DNA of 49,151 bases, the filler included, from Basidiobolus ranarum (taxonomy: Eukaryota), in the NCBI GenBank assembly GCA_040143965.1. It is 2 parts of 2 records of this genome, joined end to end, with 100 filler letters (N's around TTAATTAATTAA, not from the genome) between each part and the next. Parts side by side here need not be neighbours in the genome. Positions count along the whole stretch, not along the records: positions 1 to 24,552 come from JASJQH010000150.1; 1 more part is not named here. One strand, 5' to 3'. The notes under the pieces are model-generated. The model saw nothing but the letters and a program-made list of their open reading frames with translations. It had not been told where the DNA came from and made no database searches. The position numbers were made by a program, and so were the translations under genes. Positions 1-11,821 of the stretch are shown here, piece by piece; positions within the stretch are counted from its first letter, which is position 1, and each line of letters starts with the position of its first letter.

Positions 1-343
1 CGTTTTCTGAAACCCTACTTTTACTTCTAGACCATTCAAGCACACATCTTCGGGGCCCGAAAGCTAAATGCTTTAACATCATGTATCTTGCATACAAGTC
101 TATCCAGGATGTTTCGAAGGATGCTAACAAAAATTTACATGGTCTATTCAGTTTATATAATGGGAAACATTCAAATCACGATTTTATTCGCCGAGAGTGA
201 AATAATCCGGAAACAGATGTCAATTTCTTCTAATCAAAGCTTTAACTATACAACATGGATGAATTGAACTCTAAGAACACTTGTTTCCTAAAAATACATA
301 GAGTGACATGGAAGCTCAGAGAATAGATAATGCATTAGATCTT

Positions 344-982
344 CTAACTCGATGGTTTTTCTTCTCGGGATGCGATGAAGATTCCATTAGCTTCAGTTAG
401 AATGTTACCAGATAAATCCTCCACGGTTCCAACACAAAAACCCTTTCTACCTTCCAAGCGATCCACCTCCGATTTTATCACAATAAACTGATCAGTAAAC
501 ACCGGTTTCAAATATTTCACATTAAGCTGACCAGTGAAAATCCCCCGGTTAGGCCATTGATTCATCACTGCTCGAAATAAGGCCTCGTCAAGTAAGGTGC
601 ATAAGAAGCCACCATGAACAATTCCTGGGTGTCCAGCCAGCTTTCTACCAACATGCACCACAGTGACCAACTTTGGTTGTGTGTTATGTTTAAAGACCAA
701 CTGTGATAAGGCCAACTCTCCTGGCTTGTTCAACGTATACCCGGTCAAGTGAGTTGGCTCCACGTTTTTTGGTAGGAACTTGTAAGCGGCCATGATAGAA
801 TGGTCTCTGCTCTCACGTAACTCCTTTACGATATCCAAGTCTTCGCGCTCCTCGTATAGTGTTTGATCGTGAACTAGTTCTTTCGACACAGCTGCTGGTG
901 TATGATATCTTCGAAGGATATTTCCAGTCATAGTGACACCAATATTTCTGAAACCATGGATGTTTGGTAATACTTTGAACAT
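344..982 (-). CDS. Hotdog-fold (PaaI/4HBT-like) thioesterase, probably mitochondrial
   Basis: Intact 212-aa ORF with GHPGIVHGGFLCTLLDEA and TGQLNVKYLKPV, typical of thioesterase-superfamily proteins; basic, acid-poor N-terminus. Confidence 0.85.
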   Translation of the reverse strand: MFKVLPNIHGFRNIGVTMTGNILRRYHTPAAVSKELVHDQTLYEEREDLDIVKELRESRDHSIMAAYKFLPKNVEPTHLTGYTLNKPGELALSQLVFKHNTQPKLVTVVHVGRKLAGHPGIVHGGFLCTLLDEALFRAVMNQWPNRGIFTGQLNVKYLKPVFTDQFIVIKSEVDRLEGRKGFCVGTVEDLSGNILTEANGIFIASREEKPSS

Positions 983-2545
983 TACTGACGGTAAAGAAAT
1001 GAACCCAATGTAAATTTAAGAAGGAAGGTGTGGTGTAGAGCAGGAATATAGAGAAGAAAGACGATGAAGATACTATTCTTTCATTTTCATTTTCACTTTA
1101 TACCATCGCCGAATGACACCGCTTATCAAAAAGAAAAAATCGGAGAAAATAGGGGATCTTTCGGAGTGAATTTGACCTTGGTCCGGTATGAATGGAATCA
1201 TGGTTTTTTACACAATCGCCAAGATGATCATCGAATCTGGATTTGATCAAAGATGTAATGACATTGACATGATCAAGGTCAGTTTCCAGTTTAAGTATTT
1301 GTGGTACCCAATGTAGGATTGTGTATAAGAGGTGGTTTTATTCAACCGAAATTCTATATTTGGTAGAGGTAGCATTCGGACAAACCTCGGTAGTGGTTTG
1401 GTTGATTAAGCGAAAGGATCCATTCGATAATCCCACGATAGATCGAAATTTCATACTGCGCAGGAAGTAATGCCACTCAAATTCCAACTCCTAATTTGAA
1501 GTTAATTAATGACGAATATGCCTCTTTGGCGTGGGTGCCAAGTTTACCCAGCGCTAAGTAGCGAGTCAAGCGCCTTTTTGCGCTAATTCTATGATATCCT
1601 CATATAGTGTGGGATGCCTGGATTTGATACGCTATTCTCACTTTCGCAGATCTTGATCCTGGTTATCTTTTGACTTGACACCGTCTTACCTTCAGCTGAT
1701 ACAACACTTCTACGGAATTCCTCTCTTGGAAGTTCAAGGCTTGGGAGTTATACGGAATGTAATCGAGGGTCGGCATCTTTCCAATTCAACCCTACATGCC
1801 GTGAGGATGATACATCAGCCTTTTCGCCCAAAACTTCCCACCTAGGTAAAGCTCACAGATAAGATCTGATGTTCCGTGGATTGATGTTACAGTACCACAG
1901 ATATGATCAATCATTCCATATGAGACTCTGAGTTGGGACCTAAATCTATCGTAGATGGATTTTAGCCCATGAGAACCCGAACTTTTCACCTCTACGTCTG
2001 TGAGAATGAACTTCATAATCGAGGCATAAATTGACTCAACCTAGTGATAGATGGTACGCATCTCAAGGAAGAGCCTACTATTCAGTGGTGTTTAGTTCCT
2101 GTTCTGAAAATTTACGCAACGCTGTGTTTTATCACGTGGAAAGCAGAATAATATCTGTTTAGAAGATGCAATCTAAGTATCTCGATGAAATTCTAGGAAA
2201 TACAGATTTGCACAAATTCAGTAATATAAATCACCAGTCACGAAAAGATTATCGCTGGCCCAGCGGCTATTATTAAGGAGATTCCCTGCTCCACAGAAAA
2301 GTACCTGGTTGCCGCATATCAATCAAAGGTGTCTCTCGTAAGCGTTGGTTTATTTACTGTTACCATATATTAAAATAACAATTTTTCATTAATTCGTAAG
2401 GAAAGTCGAGAGTCAGTATTAGATTCCTCATAACTAGCTGCAAGTAGAGCCAAAAAACACTAGCAGATATTATTAGAAGATCGCATCCCGATGACTTGTT
2501 AAATTCGCAAAGCATGAAATTTTCCCAAATCTCTAGTGCCATTTT

Positions 2546-4937
2546 TCAATTTTGACGCGTAGTTCTATGTTTAGAGATTAGACTACGAGTTTCCTCTGAA
2601 GGTTCTGCCATCTGTGTTACCCTCTTATCTTGAAAGAGAATAGGTTTGGTGCTGTTGATTTTGGTAAGGCTATCTCTACGCTCGTCACTAAGTAGTGAAT
2701 TGCTTATAGAAAGCCATGAGTAGTACAATATGTGTTCATATCGAAACAAGTCGACCTGACTCTTGACTCGACATGCCTCTCGGGAAATCTCTAATCCTTT
2801 AGCCATATGCTCCGGCGAGAAAAACCTGATTTGAAACTTTACACAATCTCGAAATGTGAATGCTTGATAAATGGATCCTGCTGGGATAACAACTGCTATG
2901 CCTGGCTTTTGGTGCACCGTTTGAATAGAAACACCATATAGTCGAGAGAATTGCTCCAGCTGTGTATTGGTTAGATAGAGTAATCTCTCGTGAATTGGGT
3001 CTTTTGATTTTACGATACGTAATTGCTCACGAACGAAGTCTCTTAAAAGTGGAACCATATTATGTGTAAAAACGTGCCAAATGGCTGCAGATGTTTTATC
3101 TTTGATTTCTTCAAGATCGATGTTATGAATATTTGATACATCCACATTATCCTGCTTGGAAGTGCTCTGTCGTACAGTTAGCATAACGTTGAAAGTGTCG
3201 GTAACTGCAAACTGTAATGGTGTGGTCCGTTCATTCATAGTTAAGCTGGCCGTTTCGTCGTGAAAAATCTCTAATTTTGCAGAGAGTTCTGGTTGAATAT
3301 GAGATTTCGGAAAGTAACTAACGAGATTATATTTTCCTTTGGGGAGTATATATTCTGAAAAATTGTTCATGACTAATAAGTGATATATATCCGACCAGTG
3401 TTGTGGAAACTTGATTGAGAAATCTTCCTCAAACGGCCAGCACTATATACATAAGGAATACGTCAATTTAAATCCAATTAACACATATGCTTTCCAAAAC
3501 TTACAGTAAATGCGATCGAAACTTTGTTCTTGCCAATGGAAAGCCCTTGGTCCGTTCCTAGCTGGATATTTTGCAAAACAGATGTATCGTTTTTATAAGA
3601 AACTTTCTGAGCGAATTCATCGATTTGAAGGTAATATGGAATAAAATATTCTGGACTCCAATTCTTTCGAGTGTTTTCCATGCTTAATTTCATAACGATT
3701 ACTTCTCCTCTTAACCAACCTATGCCCAGCGGAGAAATATAGTCTTTCGAAGTTGGGTAATTGCATTCTTCTTTAGTCTCTGGCTGTACTATTCTGGGTG
3801 CTTGAGAAGTAAATAATTCCTCTACAGAATTTAAAATTGCTATAAATTGACTTGGATCCAGTAAGCAGACTCGAAGCCACTTATGCAGAGCATTTCCGTA
3901 TGAATTGATACCGTCGCATTGGGCTTTCGCTTCATTATACTCAAGGTAGCACTCCTGACAAGTTTCCTTCCCGCAGTGTTGACAAAACCAACAACCGCTG
4001 AATATGTTCGTGTAGCAAATGTCACAAACCGTTCGCACTCCTTCTTGAGTGGGTCTCTGTAGATGGTCTTCAAATTGAAGGAACCCCACTTCGGTTTGAA
4101 GTATGGAATTAATTACCACATAAATATTTCGTTTAATGTACAACGCCTCAGCTGGCTTAAGATCATTAATATAGTATCTGATTTGTTGTAGTCGCTCTAT
4201 ATTCTCATCAGCCGGAGAGAAGACATTGTTTATCTGGTAACTTCTTAACGTACGGAAACCTTGAAACCGACAATGACCACTCATATGATGACGACAACTT
4301 CGACAATATTCAAAAGGCCTCAACAATTTATAAGATAGACATGGTCGATTTTGGATCGAAGTTGTTAGCTCTTCTAAACCGTTTTCTGAATTTTCTTTTT
4401 GTGTTCTTTTTGGTATTTCAGGTCCGTGAGCATATGGGGTGGATTTTTCATACTCCTCGGAGGATGAAGAGCTGGTGTCTATATCACTTTTACAAATAGG
4501 ATGCAAGTATCTATTGCACTGGAGTTGAGATAGAGTGGGTGACTTCCTTTTTGATTCTTGTAACTTCAGAATACTCTGGGCTTGAAAACGAGCCGCAAGG
4601 TTGCTGTTCTGATAGCATAAAGTTTGATTTTGATCCACTTTTGAAGTACCGTTATCCCCTGTATCGTTCCTTGACTCTTGGCTTTCACCTAATCGCTCCT
4701 GGTTGGGATTTTCCTCTGTACGGCAGATACGATCAAGCGATAGAGGCAAATTATCGAACAAGTATTCCGAGTCGTGATTCTTGTGCGCTATAAGAAATTG
4801 GAAAGATAGTCATAACATGGCAATAAAAGAGGAACCGGAGATATCTCTGCTACTTTACCTAAGAGATTTCGTCTTACATTATTTTGAAACCATTCTTTAG
4901 TTATGTCCATTTGGATTTGATTATGAGGGACTCCCAT
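2546..4937 (-). CDS. KDM3/JMJD1-like zinc finger + JmjC protein with catalytic residues substituted; exons 4937-4859, 4787-3505, 3442-2546
   Basis: Motifs CRSCR..CRFQGFR, C6 finger CDICYTNIFSGCWFCQHCGKETCQECY, WPFEEDF, AAIWHVF, DPIHE and QKPGIAVVIPAG..FFSPEH follow KDM3 order. Introns 4858-4788 (GTAAAG..TAG, phase 1) and 3504-3443 (GTAAGT..TAG, phase 0) join the ORFs in frame. True start uncertain. Confidence 0.85.
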
Positions 4938-5852
4938 GCTATGAGTCGATACCTACTAGCAATGATGATCTTTTTTGCTAGAGTTATTTTTAAATACAAC
5001 TTCGTTTAGATAAATTTGTACATTTATACATTTTCGTTGATCAGTAAGACATGTATCAGATGAACCATCAGTATCATCGGATACCATTTTTCGAGATAAT
5101 GACTACTATTCATTTGAAGCCTTACTTAATGACAATTCATGAAGAGCTACCAATTGGCAATCATCGTAGGCTGTGTTCACCAACGATGCCCATACATTCC
5201 CAGCTACTAAGGGCACTGCGTTGTGGAACATATTTTCTGGAGCAAGCCCCAAGAACTAGTACCACTGTATCTCAGACTCTCCAATATCTAAGTTTATGTT
5301 GACCTCTTGGCTGCTCTGTGGAGCTCTTCCCTGAAAGAGTTGATTTTTCGTATTTCACCAAGTTGGCGGGAACCGTTTTACTGAAGATGCTAGGGTCTAT
5401 TTTAAGTATCTATATTTTGCCAGGGTTACATCAGAGATGCATCCCAAAGATTCTGGTTCTTGGTACCTGCACGGTAAGAAATCTCCAAAGCAGTGATATC
5501 GCGCGTCGCATATTGTCAATTGAAACGTCGTGATGCAAATGGGTTGTTTACTATTCTGATTGTTATCATTATGAATCTGATTGGTATATGCTACAATCAA
5601 AGTGCCCCTCTTTTTAGGTGCGCTGCCATCATTATAGGCTGTAGGAATGCAGAATATTGAATGCGGAATAGCTAACGCTGTATGTCGAGGTGATCTTAGT
5701 TAAACTTGGAAAACATCGGATATTCGTCAGTCTTAAAATTCCCAAGCGTATGTGTCATCCAAAAGGGAAATGTGCACGAATGGGTTACAGGCTGCGACGG
5801 TAGCTTTAGAACATCCATCAATATTATCACTTGACCTGTTCGATGATGAAGA

Positions 5853-6006
5853 ACGTCAGAAGTGATTTGCTAGAGTATGCTCTGATTGTATACGCTGTCT
5901 TTGTGAAGTAATGCATTTATGCATGACGTGGATGTGTCAAGCAAACACTGATTTCAGCTAACGTCACTCTTTTTCGGATTAATGTCCGAGATTAAGTATA
6001 TATAAA
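5853..6006 (+). promoter_or_regulatory. Three TGACGT (CRE-like) motifs plus TATA box upstream of microprotein 1
   Basis: ACGTCA 5853-5858, TGACGT 5924-5929, ACGTCA 5961-5966, TATATATAAA 5997-6006; ATG at 6053. Confidence 0.45.
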
Positions 6007-6052
6007 GCAGGCGATGAGGTATCATAATTATTGCTATTCCAACTTTCTTAAC

Positions 6053-6283
6053 ATGAACACCCGCTCCAAGACCAAAGGTTCAGTATCCACCAGCACCGAG
6101 AAGTCTCAAATGACTTCCGATTCCGCCGCCTCTCATGATCAGGAACAAAGTATCAGGCAAGCTAGGGAGCAGATAGAACGCGAAGAAGAATTTATCAAGC
6201 AAAATCCACCTAGTAAAGCGGGGACTAACGAAGTACATGATGCTTCGGTCGAGGGAGAATTCTTACGATCGAGCTATCATTAG
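6053..6283 (+). CDS. Small hydrophilic protein (76 aa) with TNEVHDA motif
   Basis: TATA upstream, ATG 6053, AATAAA downstream; S/T/E/Q-rich; motif shared with next gene. Confidence 0.65.
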   Translation: MNTRSKTKGSVSTSTEKSQMTSDSAASHDQEQSIRQAREQIEREEEFIKQNPPSKAGTNEVHDASVEGEFLRSSYH

Positions 6284-7056
6284 TATTGTTATCTTGTACC
6301 ATCTTGGCATTGTATATCTGTTGCCACTCAATAAAACTTCATTTGAATTTCAAGTCACACAGACTGTTCCCTCTTTCATTAATAATCCCTAAACTAAGGC
6401 AAATCCTCAATCACGGGATACATTAATTGCTACTCGCTATGGAGTATGGACTGATTGGTGGTCATTCAGATTATCCAGGATAGAATGCGGATGCATCTAT
6501 AAACCGATTTCCAGAATCTGACGCTTGGAGATGAATTGTATTTGGTCACGAGGACAATGGCTTGGAGATGACAATCTCAGGTATGTTAGTATCATAAACA
6601 TCTTAAGTGACGGTTGTGTTTCGGTTGGCGCTTTCAGTGAAGGCAATGAACAGTCATCACTAGATTATCGTCTACCATCGAGATAGACCATGCACAATCC
6701 TATTTTAGGGAAATCCGACTGTTCAGCATCACCTCACTGAGTGGTCAAATCAAAGTGGATCTAAGGGAAGAGGCTTTGTGACACAGATGGACGATGATAA
6801 TGGAACCCTCATGACAGTATCAAGAGGAGTTTTTCAGGTAAATTGATGGTCAGATATAGCCATACTAATGATGATTTATTCTGACCAAGCGGCTTTTGCA
6901 CATGCCACTCGTCGAAATGGGTGTATCTCGTATATGACAACGTAGCACTTGAGTACGCCCAGGCTCCGTGCATCCATGAGGCATCAAGTATTTAAAGAGG
7001 ATACTGGCAACGTCTCTCCTCAGATTCCCATTTTTCCTTCAAACTCATCAACTCCA

Positions 7057-7230
7057 ATGGAAGCACAAAACAGAACTTCTGACAACGCTCAACAGGTCGA
7101 TATTGTTGCTACTGTCCAAGACACCAACACCGTATCCGAAACAAATCAAATTAGCGACTTGTCGCATCCTCAGGCCACCACCACCACTAATGAAGTTCAT
7201 GACGCTAATCATGTGATTCATCATCATTAA
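7057..7230 (+). CDS. Small hydrophilic protein (57 aa) with TNEVHDA motif and His-rich end
   Basis: TATTTAAA 6989-6996, pyrimidine-rich leader, ATG 7057; ends TTTTNEVHDANHVIHHH. Confidence 0.6.
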   Translation: MEAQNRTSDNAQQVDIVATVQDTNTVSETNQISDLSHPQATTTTNEVHDANHVIHHH

Positions 7231-7797
7231 GTAATCTGGCTTCGGATCAAATGAGCCACCTTTTCTATCGACTTTGACCCTTGAATATCGCAAGTGGACG
7301 CTTTTTATTCATTGACAATCAAATTCGTCATCTCTTTGCATTCCAACTGAATATATTCCACATCTGCTTAATAATTTCTAATAAACTAGTTTGACTACTC
7401 GTACTCAATGTATACCTGTCTTATGAATAAGCCCCATGTTTCCACAATTCTTGCCTGAAGTAGCCAGCATATATACATTATCAAGTTCTGTGCCATTATT
7501 ACGTTCATCTGGATTCTCATAGCATCTTAATGAGAACTACAGTACCGCCAAACAACTCTGTCTTTAAATACGCTGGCCTGTTAGATCATTTCCTGGCTCC
7601 TGAGTAAAGTTGTTTACCTAATCAATTGATGGCAATTTATGTACCTCAATGCTCATAATCAAATCAAAGGAAATGGAAGTCCACATATCATGTGACTCGC
7701 AATCTAGACATCTGAGAGTTCAAGTAATATACTTTACGTTTGCCCTAAGATAGGGATATCCATACACACCCAAGTTTGACAACATACCAAAGACAAA

Positions 7798-9039
7798 ATG
7801 CCATCCTCTTTTAGCGGTGTTCGCTTGAAAGTTCAACTGAAACTCACAGTGAATCGACTCAAAATGCTACAGGCAAAGAAAAAATCTTTAAACAACAAAA
7901 TCCGTAAAGAACTAGCTTTACTTCTTGAAGCTGGAAAAGAAGAGAGTGCTAAGATCAGGGTAACCCTAAACACCCCTTTAAGAAAAAACCATAATTTCAC
8001 TTGATTTACTTTCCTTTTCCCACAGGTAGAACGAGTTATCATGGAAGATTTTCACACAGAGGCTTTAGAGATCTTAGAGCTGTATTGTGAATTACTGTTA
8101 TCCAGATTCGGTTATATAGAGCAAATTAAGTAGGTTAATTTTGTACTTCATTCTTAATATTAATATTAAATTGGGTATATATTTGTTAGTCAATGTGATC
8201 CAGCCATCATCGAAGCTGTTCACACTATCATCTACGCCGGTATGCGTATATCCGAAGTCAAGGAATTCTTAGCCGTATGGTTTATTTCTACAGCTTGTTT
8301 GTTGTTATTCACTATTGATATAACTTCTTCTAGATACGTGATCAATTTGCAGCTAAATATGGGCGTGAGTTTGTTGTCTCCGCTCTAGATAATAGGGATA
8401 ACACTGTGAATCCAAGGGTTTGTATATCATTTGATGTCCTTAAGCTTGCTTACTGAGAAATCTCACTGTTGTTACAACTATATCATAGATCATCCATAAG
8501 CTTCAAGTGCATACTCCTGAGCCATTCTTAGTAAATCAGTATCTCTCAGATATAGCCAAAGCCTATAATGTCAATTGGAAACCGGATGATGAAAGCCTGG
8601 TAGGTTCATATGAGGAATATTTCAAAATTTAACAATAGCTAATGTTGTTACAATGACGATGTTTATACCACAGACTTCTGATATGATAAGTAATTCCGAA
8701 GATCTTCTCCAGGATGTCCCCGCTCTCTCTTCTACGCAAGTTAACAAATCTCCGATATCGGATGTTCCACAGGGGTCTAATAGCCAGGTACTAAACAGTA
8801 AAAGTAATATTTTAGTAACGAAGTGATACTCAAGTATGTCATTCTTTTATCAGGAAAACGATAAGGCAGAGGAATTGGGAACTCATCATGACTTTCCTCA
8901 AACACCTGTTGATAATCCAAAATCCTCAAGCACTAGTAGTTCTAATTCAGGAGGTCCAAAATCCGCCAACGATAATTCGGGACTGCCGGATCTTGACGAA
9001 TTAACCCGTCGCTTCGAAGCCTTGAAGAAAAGAAAATGA
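7798..9039 (+). CDS. IST1: IST1, ESCRT-III associated regulator of Vps4; exons 7798-7959, 8026-8129, 8190-8274, 8334-8417, 8489-8599, 8674-8787, 8854-9039
   Basis: LKVQLKLTVNRLKMLQAKK, AKIRVERVIMEDFHTEALEILELYCELL, KYGREF, YLSDIAKAYNVNW and C-terminal MIM1 DLDELTRRFEALKK; six in-frame GT..AG introns. Confidence 0.95.
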
Positions 9040-10279
9040 AGAGTGAATTGGACCTCCATCATACCTAACATTTATTCTTACATATCAAGTTACCTTTCTT
9101 TTCACTCATTTTCATCCCACTGAACTATCACTCAAAGTCACTTGGTGATTTGTTTTCTCTATAAAGTACAAAAAATTCATGGCCTTCAATTTACTGCTGA
9201 ATACCTTTTCTGCCCTTCCTTCAAAAGACCGTTGAAAAAGCGTGTATATAGGAGTTGAGACCCAACACGGCAACGGAAGGGAGATACTATGTGGGTTTTA
9301 ATAATCAATTGAACTTATCTAAGAAAATATTCACATACACATCCATCACCATGTACTTAATAAAGAAACAGATCCAGAAAGATTTTTCTCGGCATTCTGA
9401 TGTTTATTCATTATTAGCAATAAAAGTGAAGTAAAAGTTGGTCAAGTAAATCGGATTATTCTAGCTAATTATGATTTGATTTTAAGTTGAGGAGAGTAAA
9501 TATGTCTGGGTATTATCTCTCGCCAACGATACATTGAATATTATTGCAAACATCAGCCAAACTAGAAATGTAATGTAAGCCTACAGATAGAAGATAGGCA
9601 AGTTAGTAAGTAGGGGCAGAGTATACACAGTTCCATAACATCACAAGCCACATATGGAATAACTCAAACCTAGGATACAACTCCCATTACCAGATAACTA
9701 TATAATTAGGCTAAGGGGGCAGACCGACAAGCCTTTACCCAGTATACATAACCGCATTTCTCTCGATACCGATATACCTTTGGCGGCAGTAGGATTTCTG
9801 CGCTAGATCCCTGTCATATATACAGAAATTTGTGGTCCCGGTTATATGCGAAATATTTAAGTTTTCGTACGAAGTTTGTAAGGAGTGAAATATGTCATTT
9901 GTTTCGGAGCCTATTTCTAGTGACAGTGTAAACCAGAGTAGATAGCGGTAGTCAGAAAAGAGACCCTTTGCATAATTCCGTAATTGCTATGTTGACATCA
10001 ATGATTTTAGGCTTGGATACCTTATTTAGAAGATAGATGGTTGTAATGTGTTGAATGAACCACTAAAGATCACAATCCTAATCGCAAATTGGAAATCAGA
10101 TAAAATTTTCCTGTCTGCTAGCCCATGCTCACTACAACCGCAACTGGTAAGAGAAACCCTCAGCCCTGCTCGAAGACTCGTACATAAGTGCGCGTATGAG
10201 TGATATGTAGACCTTCAAAGTAACCTCACTTCAATCTACATAAATAGATTGAGCTTCGGTTTACTGCTCACTTTCAACC

Positions 10280-10564
10280 ATGTCCCAGGTCAAAATACAG
10301 AAAGTTCAGGGGGAAATCAACAATGGGATACAAGTGATGGAGGACAATCTTCAGGCTGCTCAGTCTCTTGACGATAACTTCGATAGACTCCATGGGGAAT
10401 CCAACCAGCTGGAGGAGGGCACGAAAGGTAAATCGTGTCAGGTACACAAAAGATCCTGGTGGAGAAATAATAGATGGACCTTGGTGGTTATATTCGTAGT
10501 TCTACTAATCATTGGTGGCATTGTGGCCGGTTACTTTATCACCTCAAGAAAGCTTACTACTTAG
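10280..10564 (+). CDS. Divergent synaptobrevin/VAMP-like tail-anchored protein
   Basis: KIQKVQGEINNGIQVMEDNL SNARE-like helix, juxtamembrane KRSWWRN and C-terminal TM helix; intronless. Confidence 0.75.
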   Translation: MSQVKIQKVQGEINNGIQVMEDNLQAAQSLDDNFDRLHGESNQLEEGTKGKSCQVHKRSWWRNNRWTLVVIFVVLLIIGGIVAGYFITSRKLTT

Positions 10565-11219
10565 CCTCCAAATCTTCCTCTGTGGCATGCTTCGTTATAA
10601 TTATACAGTTTCATGATAATAAATGCATTTTTAGATAGTGCCAGTAGCTTATAGAGAAATCTCGCGGAAATTATACCAGAATGGTCTTGTATGCGGCTTA
10701 TAAAGCTGACCTCCATGTATTATTTGTTGAAAACAACATTCCAGAATACAAAACCAAACATACTTAGGAAAATGCTCAGAACACTGATGGTAGCTAAATA
10801 AAACCTGACTTGAGACAGTCTGAAACTAGCCACAGTTTATGCGTCGAAAGAGATTTGATCAAGTTTAGATTTGGTTTGAAAAGTTTTACCAGTTAAAGAT
10901 GCAAACCCGAGGCCTATATTCAAATATCCAAGTAGGCTTACGTTATGTTTTGCATGTTTTCAATCTCTGTTCCAAAGGCTCTTGAATATGACGGGTTAAA
11001 TTCAAACACGTCGATTCATTCTGATGATTTTCTATGATGAAATTTGCCCTCACTTTCCATTTCAAGCATATATGCATCACGCCACAAGCCCACATATTCC
11101 GAAAAGTTTATAAAAATAGCCCATCAATCCTGACTATTCCAAACCACTTCAACCTAGAGAAAATCAACGCACCCTTCGACTTTACCCTTTGGCGACCTTG
11201 GTACTCTAATAAACTCGAT

Positions 11220-11582
11220 ATGTATAATAGTTCTTACCAGTTGTTGGTCTGGAAGTTTAGCTAACCCGTCATTATGTACTTTCCAGGTCAGTAATCCATG
11301 CGCCCTCGACTAGGCCGAGTGAACTGGACGATGTGTTGTATGGCGCTAGAGTAAACCATGACTTTAAAGTAGACATAGACTCCCATCAGCCAGGTATAAA
11401 ATACTTGCTTAAATTCACCCAGATATGAATTGAATATTCACTAGGTCGCTTTAACAGATGAAATCGAAGTCACACAAGTGGAAAAAAAAGAATCAATCTG
11501 GTGGCGGAAGGCGCATTGGATTCTAACACTGCTCTTAGCTATCTCAATAGTGACTGCCATCTTGACACTCACTATAAAATAG
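11220..11582 (+). CDS. Spliced small tail-anchored protein (~77 aa), not in ORF track; exons 11220-11221, 11287-11393, 11458-11582
   Basis: TATAAAA near 11109; introns 11222-11286 (GTATAA, branch GCTAAC, TTCCAG) and 11394-11457 (GTATAA..AACAG) keep one frame: MSVIHAPSTRP...ESIWWRKAHWILTLLLAISIVTAILTLTIK. First exon uncertain (alternative donor at 11201). Confidence 0.55.
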
Positions 11583-11821
11583 CACCCACCCACTTACACC
11601 AAGAAGATTCCGGCACTACATGTTAATCATCCTCATTTATCTTTATATTCTTTTATGTAGATATAGCATCCCATTCAAACGCACACGATAGAAACCACAA
11701 GTGTAAATTCCATCAGTTTTCAAAACAACAGTTGCTGAACAATAAACTGAAATAAATTTATAACCCCTTTCAAGAGTCAGTATGGATCGAACAATGATAT
11801 TCCTTGAGAAATATGAGGTCT

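Noticed and set aside
1440-2100. Possible decayed gene between the thioesterase and JmjC genes
   Set aside because: Frames examined were interrupted and showed no recognisable motif.
4859-5699. TAG reassigned to an amino acid in this organism
   Set aside because: Several good genes here end in TAG (344-346, 10562-10564, 13709-13711), and conserved genes have no internal TAG.
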